Shown here: piece after piece, positions 30,235 to 40,201 of the stretch
Layout: each line of letters starts with the position of its first letter
Numbering within the stretch: the first letter of the stretch is position 1
Assembly (NCBI GenBank): GCA_030429545.1
Contig: JAUIFF010000001.1
Location: 403,599 to 467,598 of the forward strand
Length of the DNA: 64,000 nucleotides
From: Polyangia bacterium
GTDB taxonomy: Bacteria > Myxococcota_A > Polyangia > Nannocystales > Nannocystaceae
Direction: 5' to 3'
Notes under the pieces: generated by a model
Told to the model about the DNA's origin: nothing
The model's input: the letters and a program-made list of their open reading frames with translations, nothing else
The model's database searches: none
Made by a program: the position numbers and the translations under genes

Positions 30235-31723
30235 GCAGCGTGGCCCTGAGCAGCTGCACGATGCCGCCAGTTTGGCACGCAGCCTGGCCAATCACCTGCG
30301 TCACCTGCAGGAGTTCCACGGGCTTGCCTATGTGTCAGGTGCGGCGATGCCCCGGGTTGGGTTGCCAGCAGGCGCGGCGTCAGAACGTGTGCATCAGCAA
30401 GTTGTTGGCCAAGCTCCAGTTACCACGCCAGCTACTACGCCAGTTGCCAAGCCAGTTGCCAAGCCAGTCGCCAAGCCAGTTACCAAGCCAGTTGCCACGC
30501 GCAGCAAGTCACCAGCCGGCGCGATGCCACAAAGCGTGCATCAGCAAGTGGTTGGCCAAGCTCCAGCCGCTACAGCAACCGCTCCACGCAGCAAGTCGCC
30601 CGCAGGCAGCCATCCTGCGCAGCCGGTTGCCACAACCAGTTTTGCGGCGGACAAACCAGCCGGAGCCGATCCTGTCGCCACCACTTCACGCAGGCGAGCG
30701 GGGGACAAGCGAGCCGAGGTCGACGCGATGGCCCGCCAGCAACACGCTGCGCAGGGAAGCGAGTCGTCGCACGGGCCAGCACAGGGCGGTAAGGTCCCCG
30801 GGAAACATGTGGATACAAGTAATTCCGGGCCCGTGGAGCCTAGGGCTGAGCCACGGCGCTCGGCAGGCGGTCGACAACCTGTCCCTTCAGACCGTCGAGC
30901 TAACGAAATGCCCGGGCGGCAACAATCCCCCCAGCAAGGGCAACAGGCGCAACGCCGTGGACTGCGTGTGGTCGATGGGCAAGGCAAGCCTGCAAAACCT
31001 CCCGAACAGCGAGCCGCTGCGTCGGGCAAGAAAAACGATCCGCGGGGAGGGGCTCCAGCTCCCCAAAAACCCTCGGCCGACGAGGCCCGCAAGTGGCCGC
31101 CAGCACGCAAACTGGAGTACCTGCGCTACCACATCGGCGATTGCCAACGCTGCCGCCTCGCCGGCACGCGCACCACAATCGTGTTTGGCAGCGGCAACCC
31201 CGAGGCCCAGGTCATGTTTGTTGGCGAAGCCCCGGGGGCCGACGAGGATCGCCAGGGGATTCCGTTTGTCGGTGCCGCCGGGCAACGCCTCAACCGGATG
31301 CTGCGTGAGCTCGAGCTAGAGCGTCACCACGTGTATATCGCCAACGTGCTCAAGTGCCGTCCGCCGCGAAACCGCGACCCGCGGCCCGACGAAGTCAATG
31401 TATGTTCAAAGTTTTTGGAGGCCCAAATCCGGGCGATCCAACCCCGGGTTTTGATCGCGCTTGGCCGCCACGCCGGGATGTTGATGTTGCGCAAGTCGGA
31501 GATGACGTTACGCGAGATGCGAGCGGGCAAATGGATCTACGAGCAGCCAGCAGCGCAATTGAAAATCCCTCTTTTTATCACATATCACCCGTCCTATGTG
31601 CTGCGCCGCGAGTCTGATGCGCGACGTCAAGGGGGAAATGCCAACGAGGCACACAGCCTGGTGGTAGACGATCTTCGTAAAGCTTTGAGTGTGATCCGCG
31701 CAAGTTCCAACGCGAATCGGTGA
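30227..31723 (+). CDS. Family 4 uracil-DNA glycosylase ([4Fe-4S]) with ~300-aa low-complexity N-terminal extension
   Basis: C-terminal [52 protein letters not shown] matches the family-4 UDG signature. N-terminal region has [19 protein letters not shown] repeats; start overlaps coaBC stop, so the true start is uncertain. Confidence 0.75.
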   Translation: MPEQRGPEQLHDAASLARSLANHLRHLQEFHGLAYVSGAAMPRVGLPAGAASERVHQQVVGQAPVTTPATTPVAKPVAKPVAKPVTKPVATRSKSPAGAMPQSVHQQVVGQAPAATATAPRSKSPAGSHPAQPVATTSFAADKPAGADPVATTSRRRAGDKRAEVDAMARQQHAAQGSESSHGPAQGGKVPGKHVDTSNSGPVEPRAEPRRSAGGRQPVPSDRRANEMPGRQQSPQQGQQAQRRGLRVVDGQGKPAKPPEQRAAASGKKNDPRGGAPAPQKPSADEARKWPPARKLEYLRYHIGDCQRCRLAGTRTTIVFGSGNPEAQVMFVGEAPGADEDRQGIPFVGAAGQRLNRMLRELELERHHVYIANVLKCRPPRNRDPRPDEVNVCSKFLEAQIRAIQPRVLIALGRHAGMLMLRKSEMTLREMRAGKWIYEQPAAQLKIPLFITYHPSYVLRRESDARRQGGNANEAHSLVVDDLRKALSVIRASSNANR

Positions 31724-31866
31724 GTCGGCAATAAACTGCGTATGCCCGCAAAAATTTGCGACTTGTACATACTTGTCCCATTGCGTTGATCGGTTGACGC
31801 TCCGCAACTCGATCCATAAAGTCGACGGTCCGCTGTGGTGAAACCTCCTGCAGCGGGGGGGCACGA

Positions 31867-32457
31867 ATGACAAAGGCCGAACTGATCGAGAAGATTGCAC
31901 GCTCGCGGGACCTTCCACCGGATGTCACCAAAAAGTGTGTGCAGCAGATTCTCGAAGTGGCCTTTGAGGAGCTCGGCCAGTACTTCGTTCGCGCCCGTGT
32001 GACCAAAAACCAAAACCCGCGATTTACCTTTCCCGGGTTCGGTACGTTCACAAAAAAGAAGCGTCGCGCCCGGCGTGGGGTCAATCCACGGACCCTCGAG
32101 CCCATGGAGATCCAGGCGAGTTTTACCCTCGACTTCAAACCGGGCAGCGAACTCCGGCGTCAACTCAATGGTGGCACCAAGGCTCCCGCCAAGTCCAAAC
32201 GCAGGCGGCGTGCGGCTACACCATCGGTCGCGCAACAGCAAGTGCTCCCCAGCACACCGCCGCCCGCTGAGCGCCGGCGCCGGAGGTTGCGAACCCGTGC
32301 CGAGGCCGAACTCGACTGCCTAGACGCCGAGTACGACGCGAGTTTGTTTGCCGGCCAACGGCGTGTATCCCTGCCAGAAGCGCCGCTTCAGCGGGCGAGT
32401 GCAGAGCCACAGGACGAGCCGGCAACCGACAAGGCAGCTGGTCTTCAGAGCAGCTAA
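31867..32457 (+). CDS. HU/IHF-family DNA-binding protein with basic C-terminal tail
   Basis: MTKAELIEKIA...FPGFGTF (HU arm) followed by K/R-rich tail. Confidence 0.8.
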   Translation: MTKAELIEKIARSRDLPPDVTKKCVQQILEVAFEELGQYFVRARVTKNQNPRFTFPGFGTFTKKKRRARRGVNPRTLEPMEIQASFTLDFKPGSELRRQLNGGTKAPAKSKRRRRAATPSVAQQQVLPSTPPPAERRRRRLRTRAEAELDCLDAEYDASLFAGQRRVSLPEAPLQRASAEPQDEPATDKAAGLQSS

Positions 32458-32528
32458 CCCAGGGCGCTGCGAGCAAGTGATCGGTCTCGCAAGCATCTGA
32501 TGTATGGTCGCGCAATGGTTGTAGTAGG

Positions 32529-35255
32529 GTGGCCGCGATGACGGGCCCCAGACAGCATGGCTGGCTCTACGCCGCGATCGCCAAATTCTCGATCCGGCGG
32601 TGGCTATGGGTGATGGCCGGCCTTTTGGCGGTTGTGATCGTCGCCGGACTCGCGGTCCCACAAATTGGGATCACGACCAATCGGTTTGGCATGGTCAGCT
32701 CCGATAATCCCAGCCAGGCCACGCTCGAGGCCTATTTTGAGCGGTTTGGCTACCCGGATCTTCCCGTGGTGGTGGTCCGCGGGGCGGATGCCGAAACCCG
32801 GCAGCAGGTTGTCGACGAGCTGCAGGTTGCCTACGAGGCCATGCCGATCCTCGAGGGTCGGGTGCTTGCCCGGCTCGGGCCCGAGGCGATCGCAGAGTTC
32901 TTGTTTGTACAAGATCCCCACGTCATCGCCGAGCTGCGCGACATGGTTGGCTCGACCGACAAACCACTTCCCGAGCTCATTGAAGGCGGGTTGCCAGCAC
33001 TGATGGATGTGGTTGGCAATCGCCTGCAGGCGGGGCTCGACGGCAACGATGCCGGGCCGGCCCAAACCGAAGCGCAACAAACCGAGGGATTTCGCCAGCT
33101 CGGCAACATCGCCGAGGCCCTGTCACGCAACCTCCAAGACCAGGAAATCGACGAACAACTGCGGGCTTTGTCGGGTATGGACACGGTGCCCGAACGCCGG
33201 GGGATCGACGACCGCGGCTACTTTGTCGGCTGGAAAGGCGAGCATCACCTCGTCGCCCTGTTCCCGGTGTTTGCCAGCGGTGAGGTCGACGACATAGCTC
33301 CGGTGATCAACGAGATTCGGGCGACTTCAAGCGAGGTGCAGCAGCGGTTTGCCGACCAAGGTGTCGAGGTCATGGTCACCGGGCTGCCGGTGTTTTCGAC
33401 CGACGAGATGGCGCTTATCCGCCGCGGGATTTTGGTCAGCAGCGTCCTCACTGGCCTGGCGATCTTCTTGCTGCAGCTGTACGCGTTTCGTTCGTTGCGA
33501 ATGGCGATCTACGTGCAGTTGCCACTGGGGATCGGCCTGGTGTTGACCCTGGGCGCGGTGTGGCTGCTGTACGGCTATCTCACCATCGTGACCTCGAGCT
33601 TTATCGCCATCTTGCTGGGCCTTGGGATCGACTTCTCGATCCACATCCTCGCCCGGGCCAACGAGTTTCGCCGCGAGGGGCTGGAGGCCGGGCCGAGCAT
33701 GGTCGCGGCGATGCAGTCGGCGGGGCCGGGGGTGGTGATCGGGGCCCTGACCACGGTCATCGCGTTCTTGGCCACCATGACAACCGAGTTCACCGCGTTC
33801 GCCGAACTCGGGGTGATCACCTCGATCGGCCTGATCACGATGATGGTGGTGGCGTTGTTTGTGATGCCTGCGCTCGCCGGGCAGGGGTGGGGTGGCAATC
33901 GGTTCTACGAGGCCAAGATCCACGGGGTGTCGCAGTTACCGAGGTTTGTCCGCGCTGCCCCCAAAGTGCTGGTCGGGTTTGGCTTGGTGGCTGCGATCGC
34001 GGGTGCGGTGGCGTTCCCATCGGTCAAGTTCAACGCCCGCTACTTCGACTTCTTGCCCGATGAGTCACCGGCTGCAATCGCCCTCGACCTACTCGAAGAA
34101 GACGGGGCCATGAGCCCGGCGTTTGCCTGTTTTCAGGCGCCCAACTTCGAGGCCGCCCGCGAGAAGGCCGAGCAACTGCGCAAGCTCGACCTGATCGCCG
34201 ATGTCCAAACGCCGACAGATCTCGCACCCAAGTTGACGCCAGACCTGTTGTCGGAGTTGCGTGCCGGGTTTGCTGGCCTACCGCGTCAGCCCGACTTTGA
34301 GCGCCTGGCCAATGCCCCGGTGTCGGCGACTGACATTGCGACCAAGGTGACACGGATCGTCGACCTGTTTGACGAGGTTCGGTTTGAGCTCAAACGCAAC
34401 GACCGCGATACAGCGGCCGTCGATGCCGCGATCAAACAGTTTCGCCAACTCGCCGAGGTGCTGCGTGGCCTGCCTGAAGACGGTCAACCCCGGCTGCGAA
34501 AGATGCATCAGCAAATTTCGCGGATCATGGGACGGGCCTGGACGACCGGGCGGGCGATCGCCGAACGTGGAGAATATGCACCCGAAGACATGCCTGAGCT
34601 GTTCAAAGTGCGGTTTATGGCGGTCGATGGGTCTGGCGCAGTGGCGTTGTTCGCCACCCCCAACATCAATATTTGGGAACTGGAGAACGCCGAGCGGTTC
34701 CACCGGCAGCTCGAGACCGTCGACCCTGATGCGACCGGCTTTGCGGTGACCCTCCACGAGCACCACTCGATGATCTTTCACGGGTTTGGCCGGGCCGTTG
34801 TGGTTGCGGCGATCCTCGTGTTTTTGGTGGTCTTGGCCCAATTCCGCAATCTCAAAGACTCACTGTTGGTCATGTTCCCAGTCGCGTTGGGCTGGTCGTG
34901 GATGATCGGGACGATGGCGCTGTTCAGCATACCGCTCAACGTCGTCAATATTGTTGTATTGCCACTTGTTGTTGGGATCGGTATCGATGCCGCTGTGCAC
35001 GTGATGCACCGTGCACGCCAGTCGGCCGAGACCCATGGCAAGGCCCGACTTTCAGACCTGCTCGAAGGAACAGGAGCTGCTGTCTTGCTATCCTCGCTGA
35101 CGACGATTTTTGCCTTCGCCGGGCTTATCGTCGGGGCCGAGTATGGTGGGATGTTGAGCCTGGGCCTGGCGATGATGATCGGGGTTGGCAGCTGTCTATT
35201 TGCCTGTGTGGTGGTGCTGCCTGCTCTGCTCGTGTGGCTCGGGCGAGCCGAGTAG
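32529..35255 (+). CDS. MMPL/RND-superfamily transporter (12 TM, two periplasmic loops)
   Basis: 908 aa; two SSD/MMPL transmembrane blocks (GLGIDFSIHIL..., GIGIDAAVHVMH...). Confidence 0.8.
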   Translation: MAAMTGPRQHGWLYAAIAKFSIRRWLWVMAGLLAVVIVAGLAVPQIGITTNRFGMVSSDNPSQATLEAYFERFGYPDLPVVVVRGADAETRQQVVDELQVAYEAMPILEGRVLARLGPEAIAEFLFVQDPHVIAELRDMVGSTDKPLPELIEGGLPALMDVVGNRLQAGLDGNDAGPAQTEAQQTEGFRQLGNIAEALSRNLQDQEIDEQLRALSGMDTVPERRGIDDRGYFVGWKGEHHLVALFPVFASGEVDDIAPVINEIRATSSEVQQRFADQGVEVMVTGLPVFSTDEMALIRRGILVSSVLTGLAIFLLQLYAFRSLRMAIYVQLPLGIGLVLTLGAVWLLYGYLTIVTSSFIAILLGLGIDFSIHILARANEFRREGLEAGPSMVAAMQSAGPGVVIGALTTVIAFLATMTTEFTAFAELGVITSIGLITMMVVALFVMPALAGQGWGGNRFYEAKIHGVSQLPRFVRAAPKVLVGFGLVAAIAGAVAFPSVKFNARYFDFLPDESPAAIALDLLEEDGAMSPAFACFQAPNFEAAREKAEQLRKLDLIADVQTPTDLAPKLTPDLLSELRAGFAGLPRQPDFERLANAPVSATDIATKVTRIVDLFDEVRFELKRNDRDTAAVDAAIKQFRQLAEVLRGLPEDGQPRLRKMHQQISRIMGRAWTTGRAIAERGEYAPEDMPELFKVRFMAVDGSGAVALFATPNINIWELENAERFHRQLETVDPDATGFAVTLHEHHSMIFHGFGRAVVVAAILVFLVVLAQFRNLKDSLLVMFPVALGWSWMIGTMALFSIPLNVVNIVVLPLVVGIGIDAAVHVMHRARQSAETHGKARLSDLLEGTGAAVLLSSLTTIFAFAGLIVGAEYGGMLSLGLAMMIGVGSCLFACVVVLPALLVWLGRAE

Positions 35256-35430
35256 GGGGGGCACCTTCAGGCAACCAAAACAAGAGCAGCTGGACAAATC
35301 CTGCTGCCTGGGTTGAGTTGTCGCTGAAGACGAAGTTGTGCCTGTGTCGTGGCTCGGGCGAGCCGAGTAGGGTGCACAACTTTAGGCAACCAACACAAAG
35401 GCAGCTGGACGGATCCAGCTGCCTTGGCTT
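35232..35430 (+). repeat. Tandem duplication (2 units, ~113 bp period) of the MMPL gene 3' end plus its downstream hairpin
   Basis: gtggctcgggcgagccgagtaggg...caaccaa.acaa.gcagctggac..atcc.gctgcc occurs at 35232-35314 and again at 35345-35430; second copy has perfect GCAGCTGG-acggat-CCAGCTGC hairpin. Confidence 0.6.
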
Positions 35431-35451
35431 GGTTGTGAGGTCGATGGTGGC

Positions 35452-35943
35452 TTAGCGCGCTCGCAGGCCCTTTTCTTTGATGGGCTGGTCGGTGTTTGCC
35501 GTTCCTGCGGTTTTGGTGTTGCCGACCCCCTTGGGCTTGGCCGCTGCTTTTTTGGCGCCGAAGGTTGAGTTGCTCGGGTTGCCTGCGTCACCGGATTTTG
35601 CAGTTGAGACGGTCGAGCCGGTGTCCGAAGGTGCGGCTGGACGGTTGCTGCCCGCAGCGGCACCGCCATCGGCGTCGGTGTTGGGTGTCTCGTTAGAACT
35701 CGGAGTGTCGTCGGCGGGAGCTGGTGCCGGGGTTGGGCTTTTGCCCTTATCCATGTCGGGTGTTGCAGCCGGAGCTTTACCAGGTGAGCGGCCGGGGCTT
35801 CGCCCGGTTTTGGGAGTGCGTCCCTCACTCGAGCTCGGAGCCTTGGAGCCTGTCGAAGCAGAGTAGGAGAAGGAGCAACCCGGAAGCCCAAAGCTGGCGA
35901 GTGTAACGGCAAGAATGAAGGAAGCAGAACGGGTTTGTGGCAT
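35452..35943 (-). CDS. Putative lipoprotein, low-complexity S/T/P/A/K-rich
   Basis: N-terminal ILAVTLASFGLPGC lipobox-like signal; GAGGAA SD 5 nt upstream of ATG; rest low complexity. Confidence 0.45.
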   Translation of the reverse strand: MPQTRSASFILAVTLASFGLPGCSFSYSASTGSKAPSSSEGRTPKTGRSPGRSPGKAPAATPDMDKGKSPTPAPAPADDTPSSNETPNTDADGGAAAGSNRPAAPSDTGSTVSTAKSGDAGNPSNSTFGAKKAAAKPKGVGNTKTAGTANTDQPIKEKGLRAR

Positions 35944-36288
35944 AGGTTCCTCGCTTGTCGGGGATGGGGGACGCGGGGTCAGGTGTGATATTCACGCGTG
36001 TTTGCCCGCCGCTGTCAAATCTATCTCGCACGGCCGGGGAAGTTTTTGCCCCCGCACTTGATATTTTCGCTCTGGGTTGAGGTGTGGATCTGAGCGGGCG
36101 CAGCGAGCGATATCAAGATTCTTCCAAACCGGTCCTTGGGGACAGCTTCGAAAGGTGCCTTAAAAAGCCGGCTGGATGGGCCATAACTACTAAATTTTGA
36201 ATCTACTGGACAACTACAGGGGGGCAGGCGCTAGCGTCAATCTAGCTTTTATGGGGCACGTTTCGTGCCGGGAGGGGATGGGATTGAC

Positions 36289-37098
36289 ATGACACGACAG
36301 AAAACCGACGAGCAACGCAAGCGGCAAATCCGGGCCGCCGCCACTCGATGCTTCGTTCGTCGGGGCTTCGCGGCGACGCGACTCCTCGACATTGCGCGAG
36401 AAGCGGGGTTGAGCAAAGGCGGAGTTTATTTTCATTACAGAGCAAAAGAAGCACTGTTCCACGATATTCTCGATGCCCAACTCGACGCCCTCAAACGGCG
36501 ATGGAGTTTTCAGCCAGGAACCGACCAGCCGGCAGACCTGCTGCTTGGGACCCTCGTACGTGCACACGTCCAGGAGTTGGCCAACGAACCCGACGAAACT
36601 CGCTTGTGCAACTTGTTGGTCACGATGGCAGTACAAGAGCCTGACTTCCGCACCAAACTCGATAGCGCCTTTCGCGTGACCCGCAATCTGTATCAAGAGG
36701 TGATTGCCCGTGGATTAGCATCTGGCGTGTTTCATGGCCCCGATGCCGGGCAAATGGCAATAGCCGTGCACGGCTTTGTTCAGGGCCTGGCCGCATGTTC
36801 GGCAACCGACGAGCACGGGAAGTTGCCGATGTCGGCCGACGCCGCGGCCCGTCTTGCGTTGACGATGTGTGGGGCAAATCCCGATTGCCTGCCAGCACCG
36901 GCACCCGTAGTGACAGCGCCAAGTGACACAGACACTGCGGACACTGCGTCGCCTGACGAAGGGACTCCCGACGGGGAGGGTACGCTCGCGGCCGATGCGA
37001 ATGACACAACTGCCGACGCCCCGGAGTCCTCAGACGAACAGGCATCGAATGCGTCGCCGGGTGATGCACCCCCCGATTCGAACGAAGCGGCAAACTAG
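36289..37098 (+). CDS. TetR-family transcriptional regulator with acidic low-complexity C-terminal tail
   Basis: RQIRAAATRCFVRRGFAATRLLDIAREAGLSKGGVYFHY = TetR HTH. Confidence 0.85.
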   Translation: MTRQKTDEQRKRQIRAAATRCFVRRGFAATRLLDIAREAGLSKGGVYFHYRAKEALFHDILDAQLDALKRRWSFQPGTDQPADLLLGTLVRAHVQELANEPDETRLCNLLVTMAVQEPDFRTKLDSAFRVTRNLYQEVIARGLASGVFHGPDAGQMAIAVHGFVQGLAACSATDEHGKLPMSADAAARLALTMCGANPDCLPAPAPVVTAPSDTDTADTASPDEGTPDGEGTLAADANDTTADAPESSDEQASNASPGDAPPDSNEAAN

Positions 37099-37165
37099 TT
37101 CGGCCCCCCAGCCGGGATCGTCAACACCGCGTGACAGCCAAGCGCTGCTTTCGCGGTGTTGTTGT

Positions 37166-38390
37166 TTACGGCGACCAAAGCTTGACGCCGGCGATACCCG
37201 AAACGCCATCGCCACCGGGTGGGGTGAGAAGCTTGTATGAACAAACATCCCCGCGGGTACCGAGTTCGACCAGGTTTGCCAGGGTTGTCAGCACCGCCCC
37301 GCCACTTGGTCGGCCACAGATCGGGTCGTGCTCGCGGCAGCGTTGGCCCAGTTGTTCGGGGCGTCCGCTGACAAGCTCGGCAAGCAGCTGACGATCCCGG
37401 GCCTCGACCGTGTCGTAGTCGGCCGGTGTTGCGCGCCCACCAAACGCAGCACCGGCGTGGCTACACTCGGCCGCACACCAAAACAACACACGTCGTCCGC
37501 TGGTCAGGCGCTCCATCGCCGCGAGAAATTCATCGACCTGCGGTTGCTGGGCCCGACTCAATACCGTTTGCCCGCACAAGACTGGAAGGACAGGTGGACA
37601 TGATGCCCCGTAGATGCGGTGCAACAGCAACACCTGGAACTCGAGACTGGTCGCCTGGCGAAACCGAATCTCTTCGCGGGTGACCCACGGGACATCTTCA
37701 CACAGGGTCTCCACCAACTCGCTGACCGGGCTGGCACCGAGGGGAGATACCAGTTTTTTGGCTGTTGTTACATACGGCAGCAGGCCGGGAGCATGATCGG
37801 TGGCGAGCACAACAATGCAGTCGACAGCCCCGGGCAGTGGCAGCTGATCGAGCGTGGCTCGCAGCGTGTCGGCGACCTGTGTCGGGGGGTGGTGGGGGCA
37901 GACAACAGCGCCGACCGCTGGCGTCCCGAAGTGCTTGTGTGGGGCCGCGAACACATCGTCGAACAGGGCACCGAGTTGCGTGGGGTCGTCCGGGTAGAGC
38001 ATGCCCGCGTGCCGGGGTTGGAGTGTGGGGGATGCTAAAAATTCCCGCAGGATCGTCGCAAACTTGGCCCGAAAAACCTCGTCGTCGAGCATCCCGTTGT
38101 CGCGCAGGTCGGCGACGAGGTCGGCGATTTCCTGTGTAGATACATCGAGCTTGCCGCGCATCAACAACGATTGACGAACCTGGGCGGGTGTGCGCTGACC
38201 GTTGAGCAGGTCGAGGATGTCCACGGCAACCGCCGGCAGGGCAATCGTCTCGCTCACACCCAGCGGATCGCGCAGGACAATGAACTGTTCGTCCCCACGA
38301 CGCAGCTGGTGACGTTCGAGTTTTCGCAACTTGTTGGGCACACTCGCGGGCACGCCCCACTGTGGCACGGCGAGGTCCGGCCGATCAACG
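37166..38390 (-). CDS. Fusion protein: PqqD/RRE-like N-terminal domain + MEMO1-like (AmmeMemoRadiSam system protein B-like) domain
   Basis: N-terminal FIVLRDPLGVSETIALPAVAVDILDLLNGQRTPAQVRQSLL...EIADLVADLRDNGMLDD resembles PqqD-family RiPP recognition elements; central HAGMLYPDDPTQLGALFDDVF matches the Memo1 AGxxYP motif. Start uncertain (in-frame GTG/TTG candidates 38370-38400); the track ORF start 38614 overlaps the upstream gene. Confidence 0.6.
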
Positions 38391-38529
38391 CACCTTGATT
38401 TTTCGCTGGTGTGGACGAGCCGGAGCTTTGCAGCAGTTCTGGGGCCGCATGGAGTTGTCGTGCGGAGGGCCGGAGCTTTGTCGCGGCACGAACTGCCGGG
38501 GGCCGCCGGGAGTTGCGGTTGGCGACCTG

Positions 38530-40089
38530 CTACTCGCAGGTTGGCGACGCGCCGATTCTGACAAGAGCCGCCCGGGCGTCCGCTGCCATCTCGGTGATGT
38601 CGACGGTGTCGCATAGGCTCTCGACGACTGCTGGTGTCGCCAACCCACCACGCCCGAGAACTTGGATCAGTCGCCGGGCGGTGGCGATGTCGGGGGTTTT
38701 ATCGAGGGCCTTGGCGACCTGGTCGGCGCCGCCGTTGCCGAACTGCTTGACGAGTTGCCAGCCAGCGGCGGCCCGCCTGCCATCGTCGAGTTGATCGTTG
38801 TGCAACAGCTTGGTGAGTTGGCGGCGGGCACTATCGTCGCGGCAGCGCCCGAGCGCGAGGATTGCCGCCCGGCCCACGGTTCCATCGTCGTCGCCTTTGC
38901 GCAGTCCGGCGATGCCTGCCAACTTGGAGACATGTCCTGATGTACATGGCGGGAGCACGCGACCGATCGCTGCGGCCCGCACCTGTGGCCAGGGGTGTTG
39001 TTGGCTGATCTCGAGCCAGTCGTCGCCGTGCAAGGTCGCCACGCGAAAGGCCTCCGTGGCGACCCGTGGCTGGGCGGCCCCGGTGAGGTTGAGTGCATCG
39101 GCAACCCGCTGGGCTGCCGACTCGCCGAGACCTTTGAGTGCGAGCCACCCGAGGATTTCACTGGCTTGGATGTTGCGGCGGTTCGCCGCTAAATGTGTAT
39201 GAGCAATTTTTTCGAGGTGGCCCTCGGCCTCCGGATCGGTCGGAGCCAGTGTCGCCAGGCCGCGGATCGCCACCACCTGAATCACAAACTCGGGTCCACC
39301 CGAAGCCGCGGCCGGGGCCAGGGCCACGAGTTTTTGGCGAAACGTCGGGTCCTGCCGCGGGGTCAGTGCGCTGCGTAGGCGAATGAGCGAAGCGAGGCGC
39401 GCGGGGTCGTCGGTTGTGAGTTCGTGGTCGACACCGGCAAGCAGTGCGGCCCGCTCCTGCGCCCGCGAGGCCGCCCGTTTGCGCAGCGCCAAATGCAAGG
39501 TCCGCCGCAGGTTTTGGGAGCCACGTCCGACCAGGGCCAAAAGGCCGCCGATCTGCTCAACCGGATAGACTTCGACGAGGTCGCTGAGCAACAGGCCGCG
39601 GATGGGTTCGTCGAGTTTGCGATCGCCGACCAGCGCTGTCAGGACCGGCAGAGCAGCGGCTCCCTGCTCGCGTAGGAGGGCACGCCAGGGGACGAGGTCT
39701 TCAGGTTTTGCCTGGGGGTCGAGCGCGGTTCGTCGCAGCTGCGTGGCAAAGACTTGTAGATCCTCTGGCCGGCGAAACTGGCCGAGGACCGCGAGCAAGC
39801 GCCCGCGCGCGGCTGGTCCGGGTGGTGGGACGCCTTGCAATCGCGCGATGATGGCCGGGGCCGCAACCAGCGGATGGTCTTCGAGCCGCCGTCTGGCCTC
39901 GAGGTAACTTCGATCGGTTTTGGTCAGCAGCGTGTTGAGGTCGCGCTCGCACTGCTCGGCAGCATACGAGCCCTGAGCGGGCTGGGAAGACTCCGCTGTC
40001 GGGGCCGGCGTCTCCGGAGGGGAGGACACGGTCGTCGTCATCAAAAACGCGGTGAGCAACCACTGAGACACCCCGTGAAGCTGCCACAA
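38530..40089 (-). CDS. Secreted HEAT/PBS-lyase-like repeat protein
   Basis: N-terminal signal-like segment; repeated A-rich helical units (AAAIGRVL, AAILALGRC) typical of HEAT-like repeats; 519 aa. Confidence 0.6.
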   Translation of the reverse strand: MWQLHGVSQWLLTAFLMTTTVSSPPETPAPTAESSQPAQGSYAAEQCERDLNTLLTKTDRSYLEARRRLEDHPLVAAPAIIARLQGVPPPGPAARGRLLAVLGQFRRPEDLQVFATQLRRTALDPQAKPEDLVPWRALLREQGAAALPVLTALVGDRKLDEPIRGLLLSDLVEVYPVEQIGGLLALVGRGSQNLRRTLHLALRKRAASRAQERAALLAGVDHELTTDDPARLASLIRLRSALTPRQDPTFRQKLVALAPAAASGGPEFVIQVVAIRGLATLAPTDPEAEGHLEKIAHTHLAANRRNIQASEILGWLALKGLGESAAQRVADALNLTGAAQPRVATEAFRVATLHGDDWLEISQQHPWPQVRAAAIGRVLPPCTSGHVSKLAGIAGLRKGDDDGTVGRAAILALGRCRDDSARRQLTKLLHNDQLDDGRRAAAGWQLVKQFGNGGADQVAKALDKTPDIATARRLIQVLGRGGLATPAVVESLCDTVDITEMAADARAALVRIGASPTCE

Positions 40090-40201
40090 ACACTGGCAAC
40101 TGCCCAGCCCTGGTCAGGTGCGCACAGCTCTGGCCTCAGGATGCTCTAAAACGGGGCCGACGGCTGCGGATGGTCTTGGACGGTAACAGCGATCCGCCCA
40201 T

